Assembly (NCBI GenBank): GCA_964459155.1
Contig: CAYWKF010000044.1
Coordinates: forward strand, 120,407-184,406
Source of the DNA: an uncultured Desulfobacterales bacterium
GTDB lineage: Bacteria > Desulfobacterota > Dissulfuribacteria > Dissulfuribacterales > JALVPX01
Reading direction: 5' to 3'
DNA: 64,000 nt
The notes under the pieces were generated by a model. It did no database searches. It worked only from the letters and a program-made list of their open reading frames with translations, and was not told the DNA's origin. Position numbers and translations under genes: made by a program. This document shows positions 8,087-16,619 of this stretch, piece by piece (the stretch's first letter is position 1; the number at the start of each line of letters is the position of its first letter).

Positions 8087-9670
8087 TTATCTTTGCACTG
8101 CATATTCAGCCGAAAGCATGACCAATGATATTAGATCTTGAACGATTTCTCTGGGACCCAAATTTCTATTCCTCTCCAAAGCAATGTGGTCTAGCAAGGC
8201 CTGCCTCAGATCAGCGCTCATGTGACCGGCTAGCAGCAATACGTTCAGCCTATTGACGAGTTCCTGATCCGCCCCTTCCTCCAACAATTGTATTTCTTCA
8301 CTGAGGTCGAGACTGGCTGTGATTTCATCTACTTCATACTCACCTGTTTCATGGGAATACTCCATGACAACGGTGTGCAGGCCATCAATCCCCATAACGC
8401 TCATTTCAGGGGCAAACAGCTCGTTTCCCTCATCATCGAAAAGGTCTTGTGGCCTGTCGTCTGGGGTAAAGAAATTGAACACGGTCAAGGCAGACAAGGC
8501 TCGCTGCTGTAAAAATCTGCCCGAATCACGGTATCCGTAAGCATCATATTCAAAAGGACCTACTTGATGCTTGCCTTTTTGCGCATGAAAAGCGCGCCAT
8601 AGATTTGTAATGAACAACAAGGGTTCTCGCACCTTTCCAAAAGTCGCGGGCATTGTATCTGCTCCATTCAGTGCCTCTGGATCCAGCAAAATGGCTTTGA
8701 TAACAGCCTTCATGTCACCTCGCACTCCGTGACCGTTATCATTAAAGGCTGCTGCAACACGGCCAATATATTCAGGAGAAGGATTGCTGGTTACCAAGCG
8801 TTGAATCAACCTGCGTGCAATGAAAGGCCCCACATTGTCGTGATGAAATAATATGTCCAGTGCACTATCAAGATCTTGTTCTGCAGTTTGACCTGCCGGT
8901 ATTATATGGCCCAAAACCAATTTCCCGCCTAAATCGTCCGTTCCATTTGAGTCATGTTCTTCCTCGTCGGTTACCATTTCCGCTATCCTGGAATGGAGGG
9001 TTGGAAAGCCTCCCTCTGCTGGGAACACGCCGTTGTCGCTCGTCCAGCCAGTAAATATTCTTGCCAATTCCATGATATCTTTCTGCCCGTAGGTGGGAAT
9101 GCGTTTTCCGTCTTTCAACTTATAGGTGCCATCCTGATTCAACTGGTAGAGGCCTATAGTGAAAAGCTGCATAACCTCTCTTGCGAAATTTTCATCAGGA
9201 TGGCGCCCCTCAGAGGCCTTGGCATTGCCAAGATAGCTCAAATATGTGCCCATCATTGGACTTTTGGCCACGGCCTTCAAAATCGTCTTGAAATTGCCAA
9301 AGGCATTTTCTACCAGGATGTCATAATAGTGCGAAAGGCCGTCGGCGTATGGAAGAAGGCCCGAATTGCGTGAAACCACGAAGATTTCACTCAATGCAAA
9401 GGCCACCCTTTGCCTTAGTTGGTCTTTGCTGTCTATTGAATTAATCCACCAGGCATCTTCCTGGGCATAATCGATTTCCGGCAAGATTTTGTCCCAGGCA
9501 TCCAAATCTGCATTTGTATGTGCCTGCATCCAGTTTAGATGAAAAGATGGTGGAATGGTAAATTGTTCTTCTATCCACCCTTCCAAGTCGTTGGATTCCG
9601 CCAGTTCTTCGATCTCCTCCATAGTCGGACCAAAAGTGGCTCTAGCAAGAAACGCCGAAGCCAGTTCTGG
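8087..9670 (-). other. DUF1800 domain (aa ~1020-1546)
   Basis: FLARATFGPTMEEIEELAESNDLEGWIEEQFTIPPS matches the characteristic DUF1800 opening (L.RatFGpt..e.......g...Wl.eQl.p). The adjacent downstream DUF1501 gene gives the canonical pair. Confidence 0.75.
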
Positions 9671-12600
9671 GGTGACTCCCTGTTGTGCTGATGCCGGCAC
9701 TGCGAAAATGAAATCTACGTAAAGACGGATTTTCCCATTGTCTGGTGAGATATAAAGCGCCTTATGGTCACCTCTCATATAGTTCTTCACAGGCAACTTT
9801 ATGAGGTGATATTGTCCGTCTGACAATTGGCCGACTGTTACGGTTACTTCGTCTCCGCCTTCAATGCCCAAATCAAAGGCCTTCTCTTCGTCTCCCACCG
9901 CAGCCAACCGGTCGATACGGGCAGATGCGTAGATATCCCAATCGCCATCTTCTGGCAACAACTTGTCCAAGTCTGCCTGAATCCACCATCCTTGACTGCC
10001 TCCATGCACAAAGGCTGCAAAGCCATCTTTTGCCTTGTCGTCTTTCACTATGGAAGAGGCCTCCATAAACAATTTTAAACCACATTCCTCGAGCATCTGA
10101 CAGTTTTGAAAGGCTCCGCCTTGCGGACATTCTTGTATGCTTTCTGCGGAACCAGCAGGCACAGCAAAAACTCGATCCACATATAAATAGTCGATGGTAT
10201 CGCTGTTGGGCGGTGCCACCCAAAGAGTCTGTTGCGCGTTGTAGGAGTATGGATTGCCTGTCACCTGTAAGATGTGATATTTTCCATCTGCCAGTGCCTT
10301 GAGGGGTATTTCCCTATTATGCGGTGTGCCATCTACACCTACCAAAATTGCTGCTGCATCTTCATCGGCTCCATCATTGGGGTCAATCTTTACTGCCACG
10401 TAAACATCCCACTGGCCCGTTTCAGGCAGAAGCATTTGGAAAGGTATCTGTATACCCCACGCATCGGTGCTGCCTACCATTCTTGCAGCGCCATGGTCGG
10501 AGGCAGCCTCATCGTATACCAGTTGTGCTTCTGAAAGCTTAAAATTGATATCTTGATAATCTATGTAGGTATCTCCAGTCTCACAATTCACCGGCGGTGC
10601 TGGTACAATGCGGGGATATTGGAGACTGGCCAACAATGTATCTATGTCGCCGGTACCTTCACCGAAATCTTCCATAAGAGCAACATTTTTGACAACGTTT
10701 TTGAATCGCTCTACCCGTTCCAGCCTTTCCTGTTCGGTTGCATCTGGCCAAACCAGCCCCTCATTTTCTGCCTGGGCTTTCAGCTTAGCCCAATTCAAGA
10801 GCATCACCCAGTCAACTCCCATGCGTTCGATCTGCACATGCTTTAAAAATAGAGGATTGCCGGAAGCTGCCCGTTCAGCCTGATCCATATAGCTATCAGC
10901 CTTAATCAAAAAAGCTGCATTCAAATAGGGCAAATCCAAGCCAGCCTTTGTGTTGATTCGGGAAGGGTTGTTTTTCAGCGACTGATGCAATTCCTGTATA
11001 TATCGATAGATGATGGGGCCTGCTTGTGGCCCATAGTAATTGTTGCAAAATTCCTGTATTAGCAGATCTCCATCCAGAGCAGGGTCCCACATCAACCTGG
11101 CATATACCCACGTATGCAATGCTGCAAAACTCCCTGCCTTGGTGGAGTAGCTGTCTTGAAGGAACAACCCTTCAACGTCTGGCAGTTCTGCCATCTTCTT
11201 TATGGTCTCAATCATGGGATATATAGTAGGAAGAGGCTGCAAGTAACCACTGAAATTGGTTATGTAAAGCCATGACCAGATATGATCTGTATGATTGGTC
11301 CATTCCTGTAAATATTCGTAAAGCTGCGTATTGTTTGGTCCATCAATGGGCTGTGCCCAATCAGCTTCAATGGGAGCAAAAGCTACACCGGCATTTGAAG
11401 GAAGATTTATATTTGTTGGCGGCTTCAAACTCCACAAATATGCTTCGCCTAGGACTATTGCTTCTGGAAATTCGTTCTGAACAGCTTCAGCCAAGCGTTT
11501 GGTAAGATGCATCAAAGGAGCACCAGCAGCACCGCCATTTGCTGCCACCAGCTCCAAATCATCAGGATCTTCACTTCTGCTACCGCCATCTATATGCACC
11601 ACGCTTGGATACCACAGCCCTGTTTGATTCTCTTCGTCCCGATAGCGGGCCACGTTACGAAAGCCTGCAATAGCTGCCTCAAGCGTTGCATCTGAAGTGC
11701 CAGGTTCATTTTCTATGTCATATACACTGATTCTGTTTATCCCAAATCCATGTTTAGCCCGCAAAAGGCCTTTATGATATTGGCCTTCTTCGTCAATAAA
11801 GTAGCCTTTGTGACCCAGCAAGCCATTTAAATGTATTCTGGCTGCAAAATCGCCTCCTGGAGTCTCAGCATCGTTGCTTTCTTGGGGTTCGCCAGCCTCA
11901 GGATTGAAAACCGCACGATAGACAAATCTGGGCACGTGTGTTTCATTTCCATCAGGCATGGAGAGCTGGGCATTCTCCTCAAAATGGGGAACCTTCACTG
12001 TGTCCAGGGCATACCATTCATATCCTATGTATTTACGCAAATATTGGTAAACACCATTTAAAGTCCCACGAGGGTGTGCACCAGATATAAGTAGATTCTC
12101 ACCTTCTTTGACAAAAACGAAACCATCTTCTCCCAATACCGATGGATCAATGGAATTTTTTCGACCGGCTACATAGTCGTTTTCATTTCCCACAATGATG
12201 TAACGACCTTGCTGAGGATCAAACTCGTGCGTCTTGTGTACTTCGATATTGGCTTGGTTCAAAAATTTTACCAGTTCATCGGCTGCATACTGTTCTGCTA
12301 TCCCTGCCTCGGAACCCACATAAACTTGAACGGGTTTTGACTCGGATGTTGCTTCGATCTGCCAACTCAGCTCATCTATGTTACAAGGATATCTACGATC
12401 CAGCCTAATGGTGAAAGTATCGCTGCTCGTTACAGAGGCACCTCCTTGCACCATGCCAAAATCAAGATCACCATCCACAATCAATGTATGAGGGTTCGTA
12501 CTCTCAAGGGTTGCCTTGACGTTCTGGTAGCTTTCTTCTCCGCCATTAACGATTGTTGCCTTATAGGTGAATTCAAAAATGGTCCTGCCTACCCGGTGCT

Positions 12601-12727
12601 TGGCAATCAATCGATAGTCATTACTGATAGCCAAATGGTGAGCAGCGTATCCACTCGCCAGATTGCCAAAGAAAAACATCAATGTTCCTAATAGGATATA
12701 AAACCTCTTACCCATAAACCGCTTCAT
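8087..12727 (-). CDS. Giant secreted multidomain protein (1546 aa). Order: signal peptide, shared N-terminal module, DUF4838-like glycoside-hydrolase-related region, two tandem beta-sandwich repeats, C-terminal DUF1800 domain.
   Basis: ORF track. Strong RBS (GGGAGGTG) upstream of ATG 12727. Hydrophobic signal sequence ILLGTLMFFFGNLASGYA. Domain motifs are listed in the sub-features. Confidence 0.9.
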   Translation of the reverse strand: MKRFMGKRFYILLGTLMFFFGNLASGYAAHHLAISNDYRLIAKHRVGRTIFEFTYKATIVNGGEESYQNVKATLESTNPHTLIVDGDLDFGMVQGGASVTSSDTFTIRLDRRYPCNIDELSWQIEATSESKPVQVYVGSEAGIAEQYAADELVKFLNQANIEVHKTHEFDPQQGRYIIVGNENDYVAGRKNSIDPSVLGEDGFVFVKEGENLLISGAHPRGTLNGVYQYLRKYIGYEWYALDTVKVPHFEENAQLSMPDGNETHVPRFVYRAVFNPEAGEPQESNDAETPGGDFAARIHLNGLLGHKGYFIDEEGQYHKGLLRAKHGFGINRISVYDIENEPGTSDATLEAAIAGFRNVARYRDEENQTGLWYPSVVHIDGGSRSEDPDDLELVAANGGAAGAPLMHLTKRLAEAVQNEFPEAIVLGEAYLWSLKPPTNINLPSNAGVAFAPIEADWAQPIDGPNNTQLYEYLQEWTNHTDHIWSWLYITNFSGYLQPLPTIYPMIETIKKMAELPDVEGLFLQDSYSTKAGSFAALHTWVYARLMWDPALDGDLLIQEFCNNYYGPQAGPIIYRYIQELHQSLKNNPSRINTKAGLDLPYLNAAFLIKADSYMDQAERAASGNPLFLKHVQIERMGVDWVMLLNWAKLKAQAENEGLVWPDATEQERLERVERFKNVVKNVALMEDFGEGTGDIDTLLASLQYPRIVPAPPVNCETGDTYIDYQDINFKLSEAQLVYDEAASDHGAARMVGSTDAWGIQIPFQMLLPETGQWDVYVAVKIDPNDGADEDAAAILVGVDGTPHNREIPLKALADGKYHILQVTGNPYSYNAQQTLWVAPPNSDTIDYLYVDRVFAVPAGSAESIQECPQGGAFQNCQMLEECGLKLFMEASSIVKDDKAKDGFAAFVHGGSQGWWIQADLDKLLPEDGDWDIYASARIDRLAAVGDEEKAFDLGIEGGDEVTVTVGQLSDGQYHLIKLPVKNYMRGDHKALYISPDNGKIRLYVDFIFAVPASAQQGVTPELASAFLARATFGPTMEEIEELAESNDLEGWIEEQFTIPPSFHLNWMQAHTNADLDAWDKILPEIDYAQEDAWWINSIDSKDQLRQRVAFALSEIFVVSRNSGLLPYADGLSHYYDILVENAFGNFKTILKAVAKSPMMGTYLSYLGNAKASEGRHPDENFAREVMQLFTIGLYQLNQDGTYKLKDGKRIPTYGQKDIMELARIFTGWTSDNGVFPAEGGFPTLHSRIAEMVTDEEEHDSNGTDDLGGKLVLGHIIPAGQTAEQDLDSALDILFHHDNVGPFIARRLIQRLVTSNPSPEYIGRVAAAFNDNGHGVRGDMKAVIKAILLDPEALNGADTMPATFGKVREPLLFITNLWRAFHAQKGKHQVGPFEYDAYGYRDSGRFLQQRALSALTVFNFFTPDDRPQDLFDDEGNELFAPEMSVMGIDGLHTVVMEYSHETGEYEVDEITASLDLSEEIQLLEEGADQELVNRLNVLLLAGHMSADLRQALLDHIALERNRNLGPREIVQDLISLVMLSAEYAVQR
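9692..10132 (-). repeat. Intragenic protein-level tandem repeat, unit 2 (aa ~866-1012)
   Basis: GDWDIYASARID, LSDGQYHLIKL and RLYVDFIFAVPAS occur in the same order and spacing as in unit 1. Confidence 0.65.
10154..10594 (-). repeat. Intragenic protein-level tandem repeat, unit 1 (aa ~712-858), putative carbohydrate-binding beta-sandwich
   Basis: GQWDVYVAVKID, LADGKYHILQV and DYLYVDRVFAVPAG are mirrored in unit 2. Confidence 0.65.
10628..12340 (-). other. DUF4838-like / glycoside-hydrolase-related region (aa ~130-700)
   Basis: VQVYVGSEAGIAEQYAADELVKFLNQANIEV...RYIIVGNEN and DGFVFVKEGENLLISGAHPRGTLNGVYQYLRKYIGYEWY resemble the N-terminal pattern I recall for DUF4838 proteins. Recognised from memory, not searched. 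Confidence 0.5.
12350..12637 (-). other. Shared N-terminal module, copy 2 (aa ~31-126 of the 1546-aa protein)
   Basis: YRLIAKHRVGRTIFEFTYKATIVNG...NPHTLIVDGDLDFG...SVTSSDTFTIRLDRRYPCNIDELSWQIE is homologous to 4625-4912. Confidence 0.7.
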
Positions 12728-13393
12728 GACACCTCCCGTATTCCTTTTCTCTTCCAGATTGGGCTTAGATGGCCTGCTTCAATGTGGTGGCTATCCAGTC
12801 AAACAAAGACAAAAAAAGAGCCATAAGGCAAAAGACGCGGCCCCAAACAACTTGAGCTAGAACTGTCTTATATACCGGCAATAGTGTGAACTTGATTAAC
12901 AAGACATTGTAAAAACACCATCATACCCATAACTGCTGTCATAGCAGCTAGTTCAAATAGAACTACGATACGTATATCACTTTGTGCTTTTGAGAACAAG
13001 TATTAACTTTTTTAATAGTAAGACGATAACAACATTATTTAATGAATATCGTTAACCCTTGACTAAATATTACAAGAATAATCGATTATGAAAAGAAGAT
13101 ATTATTTTTGAGAAAAATTCTATCTTTTTGTTCCAAAAATGACACAACCCTTTTTGAAAAAAATTGACTTTTGATGATTGCGACACAACTTATTAAATGC
13201 GAGTATATTTTTTGTTCCACCATTCTAAGGGAAGCCCAAGGCGTTTTGATAAAACAGATTTATGTTTTGCGGCTGATATCCTATTTGCAGCTGGCAACTG
13301 TGGCAGAGATTATCCTGATTCTAGGTGTGAAGGTGTGACAGAGAGACCGATAGTTTCAGTCTCAAGGCTGTATTAGAATAAAGAATCTCTAAC

Positions 13394-13426
13394 AGCCGAT
13401 TTCCGGCCTTACGCTGGAAATCGGCT
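13394..13426 (-). terminator. Possible terminator hairpin overlapping the stop codon of the endonuclease V-like gene
   Basis: AGCCGATTTCC (13394-13404) / GGAAATCGGCT (13416-13426), an 11-bp stem. The downstream tail is only moderately U-rich. Confidence 0.35.
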
Positions 13427-13937
13427 ATCTTTGGATTGCCATCTTCCTGCACACCTGATCGACCTTTTTCAGTAGATAAGGCACCCTATGTTTGCCAGCC
13501 ATGGATTTGATCTTCTTTTTGGCTTCTTCCTGGGCAACGCCGGCGCTGGTCACATAGAGTGGCCGGCGGCTGTCACCACGAAGCAATTCACATTTTTTAG
13601 GAATATTTGAAAATGGTCTCTTGGCAACCCCTATGATTTTAACTTGTCCCGATAGTGCATCATAGAGGTGCTTTCCCAAGCCTGTCTGCGAATCCCCGTC
13701 CAAAAACACATATCCGTCAATGATAATGAATTCGGGTTTAAGATTGTGTTCCTGAAGCAATCGCAAAATGCAAGGCAACTCTCTTTTATAGAAAGCCCCT
13801 GGCCTATACGCGCTTATGTTTGACAATCTTGCCCCGAAGATACCTTGATGCTTTTCATCTTTCCAAGAAGAAAAGGCTACTGCTGCAGCATAGGCACTTT
13901 TTTCCAAGTAATAGACATCAACAGCAAGCTTCATCAC
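13425..13937 (-). CDS. Endonuclease V family protein, short form (170 aa)
   Basis: AVDVYY, YRPGAFYKRELP, FIIIDGYVFLD, IIGVAKRPF and LYVTSAG line up with the Nfi motifs (GADV, PYIPGFLSFRE, VDGHG, IGVAKK, FIATGH). It lacks the ~35 N-terminal residues of E. coli Nfi. Confidence 0.7.
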   Translation of the reverse strand: MMKLAVDVYYLEKSAYAAAVAFSSWKDEKHQGIFGARLSNISAYRPGAFYKRELPCILRLLQEHNLKPEFIIIDGYVFLDGDSQTGLGKHLYDALSGQVKIIGVAKRPFSNIPKKCELLRGDSRRPLYVTSAGVAQEEAKKKIKSMAGKHRVPYLLKKVDQVCRKMAIQR

Positions 13938-14233
13938 TCTTCAATTGCCAGCCGTTAATATCTTCCCCATTGCCTTGGCTATATAAGGGGGAGCCGATTC
14001 TTGATACGGAACCACGCTGTTCTCATCCATTTAGACGCCCACAAATGTTTTTTAAAAAAAACATTATTGCATTCATCACCATACTAATATGCATGGGAGA
14101 GCGATGTCAAAATAGAATCATTTTTATTGCTTGAATAATTGTTTGTGAATTTTATAATAATATAGAAACCTTCACCTTATGGGCAGATGGGGCGCATTCT
14201 TTTATAAAATTCAAATAAAGGAGGTATTCCATT

Positions 14234-15544
14234 ATGGATGTGGTCATGCTTTCAAGGCTGCAATTTGCAGTGGCAAGCCTGTTCCACTTCTTGTTTGTGC
14301 CACTAACTTTGGGGTTGTCTGTACTCACCGCAATCTACGAAACAAGGTATGTGCAAACAGGGGATGAAGATTTTAAAAGGGCAGCCAAGTTCTGGGGAAA
14401 GCTTTTCCTCATAAACTTTGCGCTCGGAGTGGTTACAGGCATCACTTTGGAGTTTCAATTTGGGACAAATTGGTCTGCTTATTCCAAGTATGTTGGTGAC
14501 ATCTTTGGTTCTCTTCTGGCAATAGAGGCAACATTGGCCTTTTATCTCGAATCCACTTTTATCGGCGTGTGGGCCTTCACGTGGAACCGTGTATCTCCAA
14601 AGGTACATGCACTTTTCATCTGGCTGGTGGCGATTGCCTCAAACATATCAGCATTGTGGATACTTATTGCCAACGGATGGATGCAGCATCCCGTTGGCTA
14701 TGTGCTTAGGAATAATAGGGCAGAGTTAAACGATTTTATCGCTGTCATAACTAACAAATTTGCCCTACTTGAGTTTGTGCACACTGTGGGCTGGGCTTGG
14801 GTTGTCGCAGGCTTTTTTGTGATGGGAGTGTCTGCCTACCATCTACTGCGAAACAATGAAGTGGAATTCTTCAAAAAATCTTTCAGAATCGCCTCTACAT
14901 TTGCTCTTATTTTTACTGTCCTTGGAGTTTTTACTGGGCATCTTTCGGGTTCCGAGGTTGCAGAAACACAGCCAGCCAAACTCGCCGCCATGGAGTCACA
15001 CTGGGAGACCAAGAAAAATGCTCCGATGTATCTATTTGTTGTGCCCGATGAACAAAACGAGCAGAACAGTGTGGAAATCTTGCCAATACCATCCATGCTT
15101 AGCCTTTTGGCCTTCCACAGCCCAAGTGCAAAAGTTACGGGACTCAAAGAAATTCCAAAAGAAGAAAGGCCCCCTGTGAATATTACCTTCTGGTCTTTCC
15201 GGGTCATGGTGGGAATAGGCATGTTGCTGTTACTGATTGTGATCATGGCATGGCGCAAACGGTCCACTATAGAAGCTAGCCCCGGACTCTTGAGAATCTT
15301 GCTGCTGGCGATACCGCTTCCATACATCGGTCACGAAGTCGGATGGACTGTAGCAGAAGTCGGGCGCCAGCCATGGATAGTTTATGGGCTCATGAAAACG
15401 TCAGATGCTGTATCAATACTTGCTCCAAGTCAAGTAATAGCTTCCCTTTGGGCCTTTATTGTCATTTACTCTATATTGGGAATCATAGATTTTTATCTCC
15501 TTGCAAAATATGCTCGCAAGGGTCCACAGCCTATTGAATCTTGA
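14234..15544 (+). CDS. cydA: Cytochrome bd-type quinol oxidase subunit I
   Basis: 436 aa. N-terminus LSRLQFAVASLFHFLFVPLTLGLS and the GWTVAEVGRQPW motif. RBS AAAGGAGG upstream. Confidence 0.95.
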   Translation: MDVVMLSRLQFAVASLFHFLFVPLTLGLSVLTAIYETRYVQTGDEDFKRAAKFWGKLFLINFALGVVTGITLEFQFGTNWSAYSKYVGDIFGSLLAIEATLAFYLESTFIGVWAFTWNRVSPKVHALFIWLVAIASNISALWILIANGWMQHPVGYVLRNNRAELNDFIAVITNKFALLEFVHTVGWAWVVAGFFVMGVSAYHLLRNNEVEFFKKSFRIASTFALIFTVLGVFTGHLSGSEVAETQPAKLAAMESHWETKKNAPMYLFVVPDEQNEQNSVEILPIPSMLSLLAFHSPSAKVTGLKEIPKEERPPVNITFWSFRVMVGIGMLLLLIVIMAWRKRSTIEASPGLLRILLLAIPLPYIGHEVGWTVAEVGRQPWIVYGLMKTSDAVSILAPSQVIASLWAFIVIYSILGIIDFYLLAKYARKGPQPIES

Positions 15545-15564
15545 ACAGGAGGTGAGAGTGAACC

Positions 15565-16578
15565 ATGCTTGAAACTATTTGGTTTATACTATGGGGCGTT
15601 CTTTGGGCAGTTTATTTTATGCTGGATGGATTTGACTTGGGGCTTGGCACACTTATGCCCTTTTTTGCAAAAAACGACCAAGAAAGACGCATAATCTACA
15701 ATGCCATGGGGCCCTTCTGGGACGGAAACGAAGTTTGGCTCATAACTGCCGGAGGAGCCACTTTTGCCGCCTTTCCAGTTGCTTATGCAGTGATGTTTAA
15801 TGGACTCTATTCAGCCCTCCTTTTGCTCTTGTTTGCCTTAATTGTGAGGGGCGTCTCCTTTGAATTCAGAAACAAAGTAGACAGCCCGGCCTGGCGCGCA
15901 TTATGGGACGCCTGCCTGGTCATAGGCAGTTTCCTACCCGCCCTTTTACTAGGTGTAGCCTTTGCCAATATTTTTCAAGGTATCCCCATTGACAAAGAAG
16001 GCGTATTTCAAGGTTCTTTTTTCACTTTACTAAATCCATACGGGCTAGCTGGCGGCATTTTGTTTGTACTCCTATTTTTGGTCCACGGCGCCATATGGCT
16101 TGCTGTCAAATCTGAAGGTGATCTTCAACAGAGGGCTGCAGCCATGGCAGCTCGACTGTGGCCCATTCTCCTGGTGGTAGCGGTTCTGTTTCTCGCCTAT
16201 ACCTATGTGGCCACTAATCTGTTTGACAACTATTTCAAGATACCTATTTTGTGGATACTGCCTCTGCTTGCAGTTATAGGCCTTCTATCCATAAAGGCCT
16301 TTATTGCAAAAGGGGCCTGGTGGAAGGCTTGGTTTTCTTCATGTCTCACCATTGTAGGTGTTACCCTCTTTGGAGTTGGCGGACTGTACCCAAACCTGCT
16401 TCCTTCCAGCATAGATCCTGCCTACAGCATCACGGCTTTCAACGGTTCTTCAAGCCAGCTTACTCTGAAAATCATGTTGGGCGTGGCCCTAGTTATGGTT
16501 CCTACTGTGATTGCCTACCAGGCGTGGGTATACATCTTTTTGAGGGGTAAGGTAACAGAAAAGGACTTACTGTATTAA
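15565..16578 (+). CDS. cydB: Cytochrome bd-type quinol oxidase subunit II
   Basis: 337 aa. Polytopic membrane protein immediately downstream of cydA. N-terminus WFILWGVLWAVYFMLDGFDLGLG is typical of CydB. Confidence 0.95.
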   Translation: MLETIWFILWGVLWAVYFMLDGFDLGLGTLMPFFAKNDQERRIIYNAMGPFWDGNEVWLITAGGATFAAFPVAYAVMFNGLYSALLLLLFALIVRGVSFEFRNKVDSPAWRALWDACLVIGSFLPALLLGVAFANIFQGIPIDKEGVFQGSFFTLLNPYGLAGGILFVLLFLVHGAIWLAVKSEGDLQQRAAAMAARLWPILLVVAVLFLAYTYVATNLFDNYFKIPILWILPLLAVIGLLSIKAFIAKGAWWKAWFSSCLTIVGVTLFGVGGLYPNLLPSSIDPAYSITAFNGSSSQLTLKIMLGVALVMVPTVIAYQAWVYIFLRGKVTEKDLLY

Positions 16579-16590
16579 GTGAACTGTTAA

Positions 16591-16619
16591 GAAACCGTCC
16601 TTATCACTAGGACGGTTTC
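16591..16619. terminator. Hairpin terminator between convergent cydB and hisD
   Basis: Perfect 10-bp stem GAAACCGTCC / GGACGGTTTC with a 9-nt loop, followed by TTATTTTCTTC on the plus strand. Confidence 0.7.

Noticed and set aside
14044-14065. A/T palindrome AATGTTTTTT-AA-AAAAAACATT between the nfi-like gene and cydA, considered as a terminator or FNR-type site.
   Set aside because: There are no G:C pairs to stabilise a terminator stem and no match to TTGAT-N4-ATCAA. It is probably just an intrinsically bent A/T tract.
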